Made by a program: the position numbers and the translations under genes. Below the pieces are notes generated by a model. That model was not told the origin of the DNA. It made no database searches and saw nothing but the letters and a program-made list of their open reading frames with translations. DNA of 56,724 nt, counting the filler, from Fonticula-like sp. SCN 57-25 (taxonomy: Eukaryota): the NCBI GenBank assembly GCA_001724245.1. It is 2 parts of 2 records of this genome, joined end to end, with 100 filler letters (N's around TTAATTAATTAA, not from the genome) between each part and the next. Parts side by side here need not be neighbours in the genome. Positions count along the whole stretch, not along the records: positions 1 to 29,792 come from MEDX01000066.1; 1 more part is not named here. The stretch is one strand, 5' to 3'. Positions 1 through 14,193 of this stretch are shown in pieces (within the stretch, counting starts at the first letter, position 1; each line of letters opens with the position of its first letter).

Positions 1-135
1 GCGGGCGTTCGCGCTTGCCGCGCTCTTTTCAGAGGGGCGTAACGATACCATCCACGTGGTCCGATCCGTAATTTTTTGATTATGCTGTTGCCCCGTGATT
101 TTGGCGCGCTCATTCAAAATCTGCCTCCCTTGGCA

Positions 136-1926
136 ATGTCGCAGCCCAGCCAGGTTTCCGCGGGATACCTCCAGCAGATCCGCTCGACGCTTCTGCTGGT
201 GTTTACCCGCACGCACCGCTTGACGCTTCAGGTGGAGGCGACGCGGTTCCTGGAGGACGTGCTTCAGCGCATCCCGCCGTCCGAGCTCGACGAGAGCGTG
301 CGGCACATCGCCGCCGCGTACCTGCAGCAAAACGACGCGCCACGGCTAGTGGACGTGAATACGATAAAGAATGTTGTGGAGGGGCTTTTACAACAGGACT
401 CGTCCGCTTCAACAGGAGGCGCGAGTACCAAGTTTTTTGATGTTGTGAGCGCATTTGATCTGCCCGCGCTTTCCTTTGAGCCGCACCGGAAAACCTTTAT
501 TCCGTACGAACCTTTTACCTTTTCTGAAGCGATACTCATTATTATAGTCGATCTCGGGCGCCTACTCTCATTGCGGACGCGCCTTCGCGCACCGCGTTTG
601 TCCGCGAGCGCTACGATATTATCCGGCAGCGGATGGCGCGCCAGGACTTTGACGGTCACGGCATGCCAACAAAGGTGCGCCTCCTGCGTGCATCCGACGA
701 ATGCTGACAAGTGCCTGTAGCTGTGCACGCTTGACTCGCTGCCTGGTAGCAGCGGCCGCCGCCTCACGCTTGGCCTGCTGACCCAAATGGCCGACGGCCG
801 CCTCTACCTTGAGGACCCGTTCGCAAGCGTCCCGCTCGAAGCGGCCTCGCTGGAGACCGCCCTCACAGGCCGCGGCTACATCACGCAGGGCTCGTACATT
901 CTGTGCGATGGCGAGCTCATTGATGGCGGGCTGTTGCGCGTTCACGGCGCGCGCCTTCCGCCGTGCGAGCCGCCGAGCACCTCGCTGTCGTATTTTGGGC
1001 ACGTTGACTTTCTCGGGACGTCCAAAGAGGGCGGCGGCAAGAACCCGCTGGTGGACGCCGATCTGTACTCGACGATCGCGGCCGCCGAGGAGGCGGAAGG
1101 CGGCGACGCGATGATTGTCGTGCTGTCGGATGTGCACCTCGACAACCCGCTCGTCATGCAGCGACTGGAGATGCTCTTTGAGGGGTTCAAAGACATTGCC
1201 CCGACCGCCTTTGTATTCCTCGGAAGCTTTTCTTCCAAGCCGCTCACCCCCGACGGCCGCGACCTGCGCGAGTACCGGCGGGGCTTTGCCAGCCTTGCGG
1301 ACCTCATCCACGGGTACCCGACGCTCAGGGAAGAGTCGCGCTTCGTATTCGTCCCCGGGCCAAACGACATGGCGGGACCCGACGTGCTCCCCCGGCCGCC
1401 CATCCCCGACACAATCGTTCAGCCAATGCTTGACCGCGTCCGAAACGCGATTTTTACGTCCAACCCGTGCAGGTCCGTCTTGCCTTTGATGTGCCTTTGA
1501 TGTACTTTGGGTGTTTTCCTGACACTTTCTGTTTTAAGGATTCGCTGCTTCACGCAGACGCTCGTGTTCTTCCGCGAGGACATTACCGCCAAGCTGCGCC
1601 GCAATTGCGTCATGCCGGTAAGCTCCAAGTCGCCGCAGGATGCAGCGGACACGCCGCTGATGCTGCTACGCACGCTCGCCGATCAAGGGCACCTCTGCTC
1701 GCTGCCGCAGCACATGCGGCCCGTTTATTGGGAGTTTGATCACGCCCTTTCGCTGTACCCGCTGCCGACGCAGATCTTTCTGGGCGACAAGGTGGAGGCA
1801 TTCACAAAGGAGACGCCCGAGGTGACACTCAACAGCGTCAGCTCTTTCCCGGCGTCCGATTTCAGCTTTTTGGTGTATTGGCCGGGCAGGAGAGAGGTCG
1901 AGGTCAGCTCGCTGCAGCAGTCATAA
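136..1926 (+). CDS. POLE2: DNA polymerase epsilon subunit B (multi-exon)
   Basis: Spliced ORFs contain DPB2/POLE2 motifs: 'LGLLTQMADGRLYLEDP', 'VVLSDVHLD', 'FVFVPGPND..PDVLPRPP', 'SNPCRI..FTQ.LVFFRED', 'DQGHL', 'PVYWEFDHALSLYPLP'. Introns near 503-547, 675-720 and 1472-1538. Confidence 0.93.
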
Positions 1927-2088
1927 CACAAGGAACGGCACTAAAGACACGCGTCACATTGTAAAAATAAACGAGTTTGGTCTTGGAAAGGTATATTTTG
2001 TTTGTGAGTTTTCGGTATTGTGCATATACAGGTATTTGCATGGCGAATGACTGCAAACGAGGAATGTCAACCAAAAAGGCACTCCAAT

Positions 2089-2620
2089 TTACTCGTCAAT
2101 CTCGCCATCCTTCTTATCGGCAACCTCCTCGAAAGTGCCGTCCACAAGGTCGGGGATGCCCTCATCGTTGGCACCCTCGGCGCTCTTGAACTTCTCGGCG
2201 AGCTTGCGGAGAGTCGAGAGCGACTCGGAACCCATCTGCGAGATGATGCCGGGGAGGAGCTCAGAGAACTCCTTGAGCTCATTGGAGCCAGAGATGGCAA
2301 AGACGTGCGAGGTCAGCGAAGCCTGGACTATAAGCGAAAAGGCAAAAGAGCGAAAGCGTGTTAGCCGGGTGGACTCGAGGACAACCGCGGGAGGGCGCAC
2401 CCTTGGGGTACTTGAAGTGGAGGATCTTGCCGTCATCACGGAAGAAGTTGGCCTCCTCAATGCCGGGGATCGGCTGGACACCGAGCTTCTGGAGGGTGGC
2501 CTGGGTCTTCTTCTCGTCCGTCACCGGGGCGTGGTGGACCTTCTTGACCTTGCGGCGGGGGGTACCCTTGCCACCGATGCGCACGGAGGCCTGCAGCTTG
2601 GCGAGCTTCTCAGCGTTCAT
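2089..2620 (-). CDS. BTF3: Nascent polypeptide-associated complex beta subunit (BTF3/Egd1), one intron
   Basis: '[26 protein letters not shown]', '[18 protein letters not shown]', '[20 protein letters not shown]', 'IPDLV..FE'. Confidence 0.96.
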
Positions 2621-2728
2621 GATTCCGTACTGAAAAGCAGATCAAAATAAAAATAATAAAAAGAGGAGAAAAATGGTGAGCCAAGGGAACGGGCAAAGTG
2701 GGTGGCGAGCAGCAAGCTCCCCCGATGA

Positions 2729-4708
<1,980 letters not shown>

Positions 4709-4868
4709 CCGATTCGGAAGCCATGCCATCTGTACTGTTACATAAATCTTTGCATAAACCCTATTCATCCAACGCTCAGCCATTACCATGGTGCAAGTGG
4801 TTCAATTATCATTGTTCACTTTGTATCATATCCATATATGGCAAAGAGTCTGCTGTCGACCAAACCTC

Positions 4869-4913
4869 GATGCCAACATATGCCATGATGCCAACATATG
4901 CCATGATGCCAAC
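4869..4913. repeat. 18-bp tandem repeat, 2.5 copies (GATGCCAACATATGCCAT)
   Basis: Directly visible perfect tandem duplication in intergenic DNA. Confidence 0.9.
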
Positions 4914-5251
4914 GTAAGATCTTGTTGTGCCTTTAGCTGGCCTTTTGAGTGCCCGCAGAGCAAAGAGTCACTATTGCAAGCATATCCTTTCTTTGTTGGT
5001 GGTCGCTGGATGCTGCTGGGGGTTGTTCCCAGGACACGCATGTATGCGCACTCGTTCGCTCCCGGGAGATCAATGAAAGAAAATGTAGGGCAGTATAGTT
5101 TGTCTGATGTAATTCTCAAATATATTTAAATTATATAATACCAAACTAAAACCACACGGAACCGCAAGACGAATATTGTATGGGAATTGCGTCGGTCGTA
5201 CTGCACACTTTGCCAACAATAGACGAGTTCACAGCGTGACTTGCCTACTTC

Positions 5252-5540
5252 TCACCACCATTGCGGCAAAAGGGCTGCCGCCCCGCTCGCGACCCCCGAA
5301 GCAGCAAGGTACGTCGCTCCAGAGAAACCCGCCGCGCCCACCGACTGCAACGCAGCGAACGCGCTACCCGATGCAACGACGCCTCCGTACGATGACATCC
5401 AGGCGGCAGCGTAGCTTCCAGCAGTGACACCCGCAGCGCCGAATCCAACAGCGGGCAAAACCACGGTCGAAGCCAAAGCCAAACCAGCAGTAGTAACACC
5501 GGCAGCCGCAAGGGCAGTGATNAGTGATGGTTGTTTCCAT
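5252..5540 (-). CDS. ISG12/IFI6/IFI27-like small hydrophobic protein (copy 1)
   Basis: 'LPAVGFGAAGVTAGSYAAAWMSSYGGVVASGSAFAALQSVGAAG' matches the ISG12 motif (GFT..GI.AGS.AA.MMS...GGGV..G..VA.LQS.GA.G). The ATG at 5540 is in frame if the duplicated ATCACT around the single N at 5522 is collapsed. Confidence 0.8.
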
Positions 5541-5761
5541 ATCTTTTTGATCCCTCCCAGCTGGAGCACAGAGCAATGGAGCAGTCGGATGGCAAAATGA
5601 GAAGGTTTCAAGTTAGCAGACAGTCTAGCACGCAAAGTGATTGGAATTGATTGATCACTTGTACTCGCGATTGCGGGGATTCCCTCCTGGAAAGTCATTC
5701 GTGCATAGTTCTGCCGCATACTTGTCCACCCTCTCCTCTAAAGGTAGGGAAGGAACAAGCG

Positions 5762-6223
5762 ATGAATAAACGTGCAAAGGCCGCTGCTGTGGCCGGCACG
5801 GTGGCTGCTGGTACTGCTGTTGTTGGACTGGTTGTGATTTCGACCGTCGCTTTGCCTGCGATTGGCTTCGGCGCTGCGGGTGTCACGGCTGGGAGCTATG
5901 CTGCGGCCTGGATGTCGACGTACGGTGGCGTCATTGCATCTGGTAGCTTGATCTCTTTGATGCAGTCGGTGGGCGCTGCGGGATTCGCTGGAGCGACGTA
6001 CGTTGCTGCTTCGGGGGTCGCGGGCGGGGCGGCGGCAGCTATAGCTGCCACTACTGCCAATCCTGACGGCGAGGACAAGGGTTCGGGATCGAGTGAAACG
6101 AAGGACACGAATTCGGCATCCCTCGATGCGAAGGATGTGGATGTGGCGGCTGAGCAAGAAGGATCAAAGACCGACTCGGATGAGGAAGAGGAGAATGCGA
6201 ATAATGAGGATGAAGCCAAGTAG
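5762..6223 (+). CDS. ISG12/IFI6/IFI27-like protein with acidic C-terminal tail (copy 2)
   Basis: 'LPAIGFGAAGVTAGSYAAAWMSTYGGVIASGSLISLMQSVGAAG' ISG12 motif followed by a D/E-rich tail. Intronless. Confidence 0.85.
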   Translation: MNKRAKAAAVAGTVAAGTAVVGLVVISTVALPAIGFGAAGVTAGSYAAAWMSTYGGVIASGSLISLMQSVGAAGFAGATYVAASGVAGGAAAAIAATTANPDGEDKGSGSSETKDTNSASLDAKDVDVAAEQEGSKTDSDEEEENANNEDEAK

Positions 6224-6449
6224 TTTATTGAGGTGCACTTTAGTTGCCTGTACGTGTCGCACTGTTTGTATCCCCATAGCCTGTCGGTATTAAATTTACA
6301 CAGAAATCTGTGGGCATAGTTTACTAAATGAGATAAAAACATAATTATGGCCAATGTACCTCAGTACTATAATTCTGGCCGTATGCATATTACTGCTTTC
6401 GATTCCAATCATCGTTTCCCGCCAAAATCCTTGTCGACATCTGGTCGAC

Positions 6450-7679
6450 ATGACGCGCGTTGATGTTGCTGTGGTCGGTGGCGGCATCGTAGGCCTGGCC
6501 GTCGCGCGGCGCGTTCAGCAGGTTCTTCCTGGCGCAAGAGTTGCAGTATTAGAGAAAGAGAGGGAAGTTGCAATGCACCAGACAGGCCACAACAGCGGGG
6601 TTATCCATGCCGGGGTGTACTACAAGCCGGGATCCTTGCGCGCGCGCCTGTGCGCCCATGGCGCTAACCAAATGTTTTCCTTTTGTGCGGACCACGGCGT
6701 GGCACATCGGCGGATAGGAAAGCTTATTGTTGCGACGCATGCGGGCGAAGTTGAAGCTCTCCACGGGCTGTTTGAGCGCGGGCAGGCCAACGGCGTCGAG
6801 GGCCTGCGCCTTGTTGGCCAGGAGGAGATCGCCTCGATCGAGCCGCACTGCCGCGGCGTGCTTGCCATCCACTCGCCCAATACGGGCATTACGGACTATG
6901 CGCAGGTTGCTCGCGCGCTGGCTCGCGAGATTGAGCGCGCTGGTGGCAGCGTTCTTACCGGAACGCCTGTTGTTGGCGCCCGCCTTGCCTCGGGCGCGCA
7001 GGGCATCGAGCTGTCGTCGCCTTCACTTGCGACGCCTCTCGTCGCCGAGCGCGTGGTGACGTGCGCGGGTCTGCAAGCGGACCGCGTTGCGCGCCTGTTT
7101 GGCGGGGCTGCCGAGCCGTCGATTGTACCTGTGCGTGGCGAGTACCGCCTCCTGTCTCAGCGAGCGGCCCCGCTCGTTCGCGGTCTGATCTATCCGGTGC
7201 CGGACCCAGCGATGCCGTTCCTGGGTGTCCATTTTACTCGGCGCATCGACGACACGGTGGACGTTGGGCCAAACGCCGTCTTTGCGTTTGCGCGCGACGG
7301 GTACTCGTACGCGCGCGTGAGCCCGGCCGACATGTGGGATGCGCTCTCCAACCCGCGCATGCAGCGGCTCGCGAGGCGGCACTGGCGCTTTGGTCTCGGC
7401 GAGTACATGCGGTCCCTGTGGCCCCACGCGCAGCTCGGCGTCCTAAAGAGGTATATTGACCGCCTCGACACAGTTGACATTGCGCAGCGCGGTACGGCCG
7501 GTGTGCGCGCGCAGGCGCTCGCAGAGGACGGGGCGCTCCTAGAGGATTTCGTGCTCGAGCGCGTCGAAATGGGGTCCGGCGCAGTCGCGCTCAATGTCCG
7601 CAATGCACCGTCGCCAGCGGCAACTTCGTCGCTGGCAATCGCAGAGATGGTCGTCGACAAGCTCTTGCAAAATGAATAG
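6450..7679 (+). CDS. L2HGDH: L-2-hydroxyglutarate dehydrogenase/oxidase (LhgO/L2HGDH family), intronless
   Basis: FAD motif 'VVGGGIVGLA', 'HQTGHNSGVIHAGVYYKPGSL', 'YPVPDP..PFLGVHFT', 'AGVRAQA', 'NAPSPAATSSLAIA'. Confidence 0.92.
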   Translation: MTRVDVAVVGGGIVGLAVARRVQQVLPGARVAVLEKEREVAMHQTGHNSGVIHAGVYYKPGSLRARLCAHGANQMFSFCADHGVAHRRIGKLIVATHAGEVEALHGLFERGQANGVEGLRLVGQEEIASIEPHCRGVLAIHSPNTGITDYAQVARALAREIERAGGSVLTGTPVVGARLASGAQGIELSSPSLATPLVAERVVTCAGLQADRVARLFGGAAEPSIVPVRGEYRLLSQRAAPLVRGLIYPVPDPAMPFLGVHFTRRIDDTVDVGPNAVFAFARDGYSYARVSPADMWDALSNPRMQRLARRHWRFGLGEYMRSLWPHAQLGVLKRYIDRLDTVDIAQRGTAGVRAQALAEDGALLEDFVLERVEMGSGAVALNVRNAPSPAATSSLAIAEMVVDKLLQNE

Positions 7680-7747
7680 ACACTGTTAATATGTATGTAT
7701 GTATTATTATCATAAGAATACACGAAGAACAAAACTAGTTGGCGAGT

Positions 7748-10700
7748 CTAGTTGGCGAGCTTTGCCTTTTTGCCCTTGCGCTTAGAGTTGGCCGCGTCGC
7801 CATCGGCCTTTTGCTTTGCGGCGGGCTCAGCCTTTGTAGCAGGCGCGGCCTTGTGCTTTGCAGCAGGCTCACCCTTGCGCTTGCTGCTGCCTGACAGCTG
7901 GTAGAGCACGCGCGACCGGCGGGTGCTCTGCTCGACGACGACCCTGATGGACACCTCGACGCGATCAAAGAGCGCCAAAAAGGGAGCCTGCGTCGACTTG
8001 CTCTTGAGCGTGTTGGTGGCTGTGTCGAGCTCGTACAGCTCCGCGTCAAACTCGACAACACCCTCGACGCCGTATCTAACGCAATGAAATAATTAATTAT
8101 GAGGTAGAACCCTACGAGCGCTACGCACTTGGGGACATGGACCAAAACACCGTTGGCCATGAGCTTGACAACGTACGCCTCCTCGTCGTCAATTTCTTTT
8201 CCCTCGAAAAGGCGCACAGTGAACATGTCCACGGATGCGCGGCCGGCCTGCTGCGCCATCTTGTGACGGAAATTGAGGTCTGCGTAGCGGCGTTAAATAA
8301 AGATATGGAAACCACGGCGGCGTACTGTTGCAAAGACGGTCGACAGAGTCGCGGTCCACAAGCTCGGGGTACGTGGGATCCACGCCGATGGCGGCAGCGA
8401 GCAGCCGGTGCACAATCACATCTGCACAGTGTCAGTTTCGCGAATGCTGACAACAAAACATTGAGGGGCACGAACCGGGGTAACGGCGGATGGGCGACGT
8501 AAAGTGCGTGTAGATCGGCATGGCGAGACCGTAGTGGAAAAACTCGGCGTACGGAACTGTCCCCGAGCAAAAGTACTCTGCGGGCATCATGCAGCGCGTG
8601 GCCATCATGCGCGCGAGCGTGTTGAAGAAGGGGTCGGACTCGACCACCGCGGCGTCGAGCGAGTCGGCTAGCTCCTTGGACGTGCCGGCCGCAACCTGGA
8701 AGCCGCGCGACGCCATCGCCGTGATAAAGGCCTCGAAGCGGGACGGCGGCGGCTTGACGTGGCAACGCAGCATCGAGCACTGCTGGAACGCATTGTAAAT
8801 CTTTTTCGCGACACTCACGTTGGCGAAAAGCATAAACTCTTCTACCATCGCGTTGGCCTCCTTCATCTGCTTCATTTCTTCAAAGAAACGTTACGATAAT
8901 GAGCTAAACATGCAAAAAAAAAAAAAGAACACGCACCGACTTCCATCGGGTCGGACGTGTCGCGCTCGAGCTGGAACCGCACTTCGGGCGACGCGAGAAC
9001 GAGGGCGCCGTTCTCGATGCGCCGCTGTTTCAGCTGCTTGGCGACCGAGTTGAGAATACGCAGCGACTGCGACACAACGTCAGTGTGCTCACTGTTCACC
9101 ACGAATGAGTACGCAAGCATTTTAATCAAAAAAGAGCGCACCCCGTGACGTTATCGAGCCGCTCCTGCGCCTGGTCGTATGTGAACGAGTGCCGCGAGCG
9201 AATCACGCTCTTGCAAAACTGGGTCGAGACGACCTCGTACTGCGGTGTCATCTCCCAAATGACCGAGAACGCAAAGCGGTCCACGTCGCTTCGAATGGAG
9301 CACAAGTCTAGATGTCGCGTTAGCAAGGTTCAAACCAAATCTTTGCCGTCGCACTGGTTCCAAGAAGCGGCGGAAGCATATCAATGCGCCTGTCGACAAG
9401 GTAAGTCGACGTGCCGCGGTGGGCGGCCTCCTTGTCGACGGCCGAAAGCGGCTTGACAAAGTAGGTAACGTCAGCGATATGGACGCCGAGCTGCATGTTG
9501 CCGTTGTCGAGCATGACTGCATGCAGCGCGTCGTCAATGTCCGTGCAGCCCGGCGGGTCGACCGAGCAAACGTCCAGGTGGCGCAAGTCCCGCCGCGTGG
9601 TGTTGTGAATGTCGGGGTCCTTGTCGGCAATCCATCCTTCGCCCGGCAGGCACGCCAACACCGCAGGCGTGAACGGCGCGTGCGGAATGTCCTTTTCGAG
9701 AAGCACAACGCGCGTCTCCGTCTCGACCTCACCGATGCGGCCGAGGCGGTTCACCAAATGGCCGACGGGGCAGACGGCACCCGCCGGCCAAGCATCGATC
9801 GCCACGACGATGCGCTGGCCCTCGAGGGCCGCCGCCTGACGCGTCAGGAAGCGGATGCGCGGCATGCGCTCGTCAAGCGGCACAAACGTCGCCCAGATGG
9901 GATCCTTCGCCTTGGCGGCGCCGCGAGGGACCTCGGCGAGGCTGCCGCAGAATACACGGGGGCGACGGTTGAGGATCGCGACGACCACGCCCGTCGGCAC
10001 GACACCCTCTGCGTTGGCGTCGCCCGGCTCGCTCGCGGGGTCGGAGGCGTCGGCGGACGCGCTCGTCGTTTTGCTGCTGTAGAACTGCGAGGGCGCGCGC
10101 CACTGGGCGCGCGGGAGCACCTTGACGACGACCTGGTCGTCCTGTACGGCGCGATTCATGGCACGCGTCCCCACGATGAGAACCGGCTCGGCATTGCCCT
10201 TGACCCACAGCGACGCCTCATTGAGGTTGAGCGTCGAACGGTGGAAGGAGCCCTGCACGAGCGTGCGCGCGGCCACACCTGACGACGCAGACGAAGTCTC
10301 CATGTGCTCGTCGTACGGGTTAGAAAGAACGTTCTCCTTGTCGGCAGACGCGGCCGAAGCGGCCGCCGCAATGCGGTCGTGAAGGTCAGGCGCGTCAGAG
10401 ACGGACTCGATGTACTTGCGGACGCTCGCGCACAAGAGGCCCGACTCCACAGCGAGTTCGCGGTTACCGCGATCATCAGAGAGGAGCACGACCGACATGC
10501 CCGCTGAAGCGAGATGATCCCTCAAAAAGATACCCGCCTGGCGAATAGCGCGGTCGTTGCGGTCATTCGGCAACTCGGACTCTTTGCGCTCCACAAACAT
10601 GCCCGAGTGGTGCTCGTTGGCGAGCACGACGAAACGACGGGCAGAGTCGCCAATAATGGCGCGTGCCCTAGAGTAGAGCGACGGCGAACGATGCCGGACT

Positions 10701-10984
10701 TCGTCCAGCACGGTCTGCAAAACAATTACATCACGCACAAGAGGGTGCTCAAGCACGTCAATCTGATGAAGGAACACGTTCGTGTCAGGGAGAAGGTAAT
10801 GCGGCTGGTTTTCAAACAGCGAGGCGATCGTCAGACCCGACTTTGACAGCTGCACATCGGACGGCTTGCACTTGGTGCAAAGCGCGGAGCAACACGAAAT
10901 GTCATCACGCAGGTAGTGCTCCTTGAGCACGCGAACCACGTTGCCCTTCTTGGACTTTTTCACAAAGACCTGCGGGCGATGCAT
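7748..10984 (-). CDS. DIS3: Exosome catalytic subunit Dis3/Rrp44 (multi-exon)
   Basis: 'EHYLRDDI.C', PIN domain 'LPDTNVFLHQID' and 'NDRNDRAIR', RNB 'SVDPPGCTDIDDALH', 'VHIADV', 'MVEEFML.AN', 'YTHFTSPIRRY'. Lys-rich C-terminus. Confidence 0.96.
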
Positions 10985-11206
10985 CTCCGCGGCGGCTGTG
11001 CTGACACAGGGCAGTACACGCGGTTGGCCACGTGGTTGATTGATCAGCGGTGGGCCGAGCTATAACTCTATCACTCTTTGCCAAAACATGCAGAAAAGAG
11101 CAATAGAAACCGAATAGTGTACATAAATAGAGTGTATTAAATAGTCGCTTACATAAGATTCATAATCGTACAAGTGTTGAATTGCTGTTGGCAACTTTTT
11201 TATGGC

Positions 11207-12238
11207 TCACTTGGAGGCAAGGATCAAAATTGCCTTCTTCTCTAGGCTCTCAAAAAGCGTCCACACCATCGCCTGCATAAGACTCTTGCGGGCCAGCCGC
11301 GGCGCCAGGCCGGCCAGCAGCCCCTTGACGCCTCCCTCGGCCAGCGCTGCGCGCAGGGCGAGTGACATGGTCGGTGTCTCTTTGGGAAATAGCTGAACGC
11401 GCGTCTTTATGACATCAAAAGGCTGCGTCACCACCGATGCAAAGACACCGGCGCCGAGGCCGGACAATAGCGAGACCGCTGTCAGGTTCGCGTACGGGAT
11501 CCCTTCCGGTGCACGAGGTAAGCACCAGGAATACAGAGAGAGTGAATCGTACGGCCAAGCCATGTTTTAAATTGCTCGCGAGACGCCACGTAAAGACCGG
11601 CGTACGGCGCGTCGCGCCATAAGGACGGGATGATGCCTGCGCCGAGGCCACGAATCCCCTCGGTGCGGGTAATTGATACGAGAGCGTGAATTGGAGATTT
11701 GTAAGTGTACAGACCGCTCTGGCATACATGGCGGTTAGCAAACACGATGTAAAAGCAAAGGACACAGAATGTCGCATAAAGCAGTAACATTGAAAAAAGC
11801 AATGAATAGAACGCACTTCAAAGCGAGCCTTGATGACGGAAAGTGGGTTGAGGAGGGTGCTCACGAAAGCGCGGGAAAAGAATCCGGATACAAGGTTGGC
11901 CGATGCCACCGGCAAACCGCCCTTCTCGCAAAGGGCCTGCATTGACCTCAAAATAGAAAAGTACACTGCACCGGACGGGACGCTCCTATAGACACTGGCT
12001 ACTGTCCCTGTCCAAAGGACCAAGGGGCCGCGTGTTGCAACCGCGTGGCGGATCATCGCATAGCTGGTGGAGCATCAGAATCGGGCTTTTGGGGCAGTAC
12101 ACTAGCAATAACGCACTGGGTCGGAAACGCATGACGAAACTGACTCCGTGTTTTCACATAGTCCAATGGCTGGAAGACGACTGCGCCCACAAACGTCGTC
12201 AGCGCTCCCGCCGCCATGCGCGCGGCCGCCTCGTCCAT
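11207..12238 (-). CDS. Mitochondrial carrier, SLC25A38/Hem25-like (glycine carrier)
   Basis: Three carrier signature repeats (QPLDYVKTR, NPLSVIKARFE, QPFDVIKTRVQ), plus 'RFESG.Y.Y.S', 'RDAPYAGLY' and 'PRLARKSL..AM.WT.FE', typical of SLC25A38/Hem25. Confidence 0.82.
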
Positions 12239-12455
12239 GGTGACGTCAGCAAACTGCCTGATTTCTGTGTCGATTTCAATTTGCTTGCATGCAACACGAC
12301 CCATGCAGGCTGCACGGCAATGTCCACAAAAAGAAAGAAAGTATATAGCATTTTTTGCTGTGCCGTTTCTTTAACAATAAGGAAATCTTTCTCCCTGGCT
12401 GGGATACGAGAAATAAAAGGTGCAATTCGTCGAGAATGATACTAAAGTACAATGA

Positions 12456-14193
12456 TCAATGGTGCTTGGAGCGTTTCGCTGGTTGGGAACCCGAGCTGGC
12501 GCCCCATGATGCCTGCTTGTCCGTGGCACGCTTCTCTGCCCATTCAAAATAGTCGCATCGTGTTCGCGGGTCGCTCGCCGGACCCTCGGGCCTCGCGCAC
12601 AGAAAGAAACGGCGGCCGCGATTAGGCCCGCTCTTGGTGACCGTCAGCATATTGCAAGGTTCGCCGTGCCTGCATTTAGGAGCGCGAGGTTGGCCGTTGA
12701 TTAGCCTGCAGTGCGTTAATAAAAATAAAAAAAATAAAATTAGCGTACTGCTTCCATTGGGAGACCATGTTGCGGTCGGCGTCCTCGGCTGCGGCCAGCA
12801 CCTCCTCGTCTGGCTGGAACTGTTCCGTAGTTTCCGGCTGCGGCGGTACCGTCGACAAAGTGGAAGTAAAAGGCGGTGTAGGGGAAACGGCAGGCTGTGG
12901 CGATTCGCGGCCCTGCGAGTCCGCATCTGACGCCCTCGCACCAAAGAAAGATGCTATCGACGGTTGTGCTTTTGGGCGCTTAGGTGCGGTCGCTGGCAAA
13001 GGCGATGGCGCCGCTGGTAGCAAACCTGTCGGCAGTGCTGACAGCGATGCTATTGATGATGATAAAGATGATGATGATGCGCTGGACAACGTGCTCGGCA
13101 GAGGCAAATCTTTGTCCTTGCCAACCTCCACGCTGCTTGCTTTTACCCCCGTCAAAACCTCGTCTGGAAGAGCGGCCTCGTCCTTGATGGCGCTCGCCGT
13201 TCTAAATAGCGCGCTGATCTTTTGCTGGCTCCCAGAAAACTCTGGCATGAATTTAGTGGCAATTGAAGGCGGATCGCACGCAGCTGCCGATGCCGGCAGG
13301 AGGGCGTCATCGTCTGCCTCGGCCGTCACCGGGCAATGGTCAGAACCGAGGACGTCGCGTCGGATGACGCATGACGAAAAAAGCGCGGCCGTGTTGCTAT
13401 CCGTCAGGACATAATCAATTCGTGACCCGTAGTTTGTTTCTCTCGCGTTGGTGCGCGTGTCCCAGCACGTGTAGGCGCCGCGCTCGTCCGGATGAAACTG
13501 GCGAAAAAGGTCGACAAACTGGCCCCCGCCGGCGGCAAGCATGTTGTGGATCCACGCTCTCGAGGGACGCGCCATATAAGCGTCCAGGCCGCCCAGCATC
13601 CTCACGTCGCGGTCTCCTTCGCACGAGTCTATTGGGTGGTGCGTGCAGTTGAGGTCACCCACAATGACAACGCGCCGGCCAGCGGCGACCAGTGCTTTGC
13701 AGCGCGCTTCGAATGCAGCGTGATAATCTTGCTTAAAAAGATGTCGCTCCTCTGCAGAGCCGGCATTCGGCAAATAGACATTAAATAACACAAACGTCCC
13801 GTGGTCAGTGATCATGCATCGACCCTCGCTGTCGAGCTCGCGCATGCGAGTCGCGCTAAAGCCAAGCTCGGAGGGATCAATGTGGCAGCCTATGCCACCG
13901 CCGCGAATACACGTCAAGCCTTCTTCCGCGGCCACGGGCGTCGCTCGAAGGCGAACATACGTACACACACCAGAGTACCCGCCTTTGTGCTTGCAAAACG
14001 AAAAGAACGCATGGTAGCCGTCCACCAACGCAACATCCGCATCGAGGCGATCGCGCGTCACCTTGGTTTCCTGAAAACAAATGATGTCCGAGTCAAAAGA
14101 GTCCAAGAGCGGGCCTAACGACCGGTGTCGGTTCCAGGGGTAATACTCGCGAAGTGAACGGATGCCGTTCACATTCCATGAGACGATTCGCAT
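12456..14193 (-). CDS. APEX2: AP endonuclease 2 with PIP box and C-terminal GRF zinc finger
   Basis: 'MRIVSWNVNGIR', 'DIICFQETK', 'LDSEGR', 'GDLN', 'YTCW....ARETNYGSRIDY', 'GSDHCPV', PIP-like 'QPSIASFF', zf-GRF 'C.HGEPC...V.K.GPNRGRRFFLCARP.G......RCDYFEW'. Confidence 0.95.

Noticed and set aside
4869-4913. 18-bp repeat as a CRISPR-like or regulatory array
   Set aside because: There are no spacers, only 2.5 head-to-tail copies, and the context is eukaryotic.
5516-5528. Frameshift/pseudogenisation of ISG12 copy 1
   Set aside because: A single N flanked by a duplicated ATCACT looks like an unmerged contig overlap. Collapsing it restores METTITALAAAG.
7735-7759. Duplicated CTAGTTGGCGAG at the DIS3 stop codon as a target-site duplication
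   Set aside because: The copies are adjacent with no intervening element, so this is a simple local duplication.
9419-10282. Long antisense/alternative-frame ORFs (also 43558-44589, 30930-31865, 19151-20059)
   Set aside because: These are shadow ORFs expected from GC-rich codon usage opposite well-supported genes, with no recognisable motifs.
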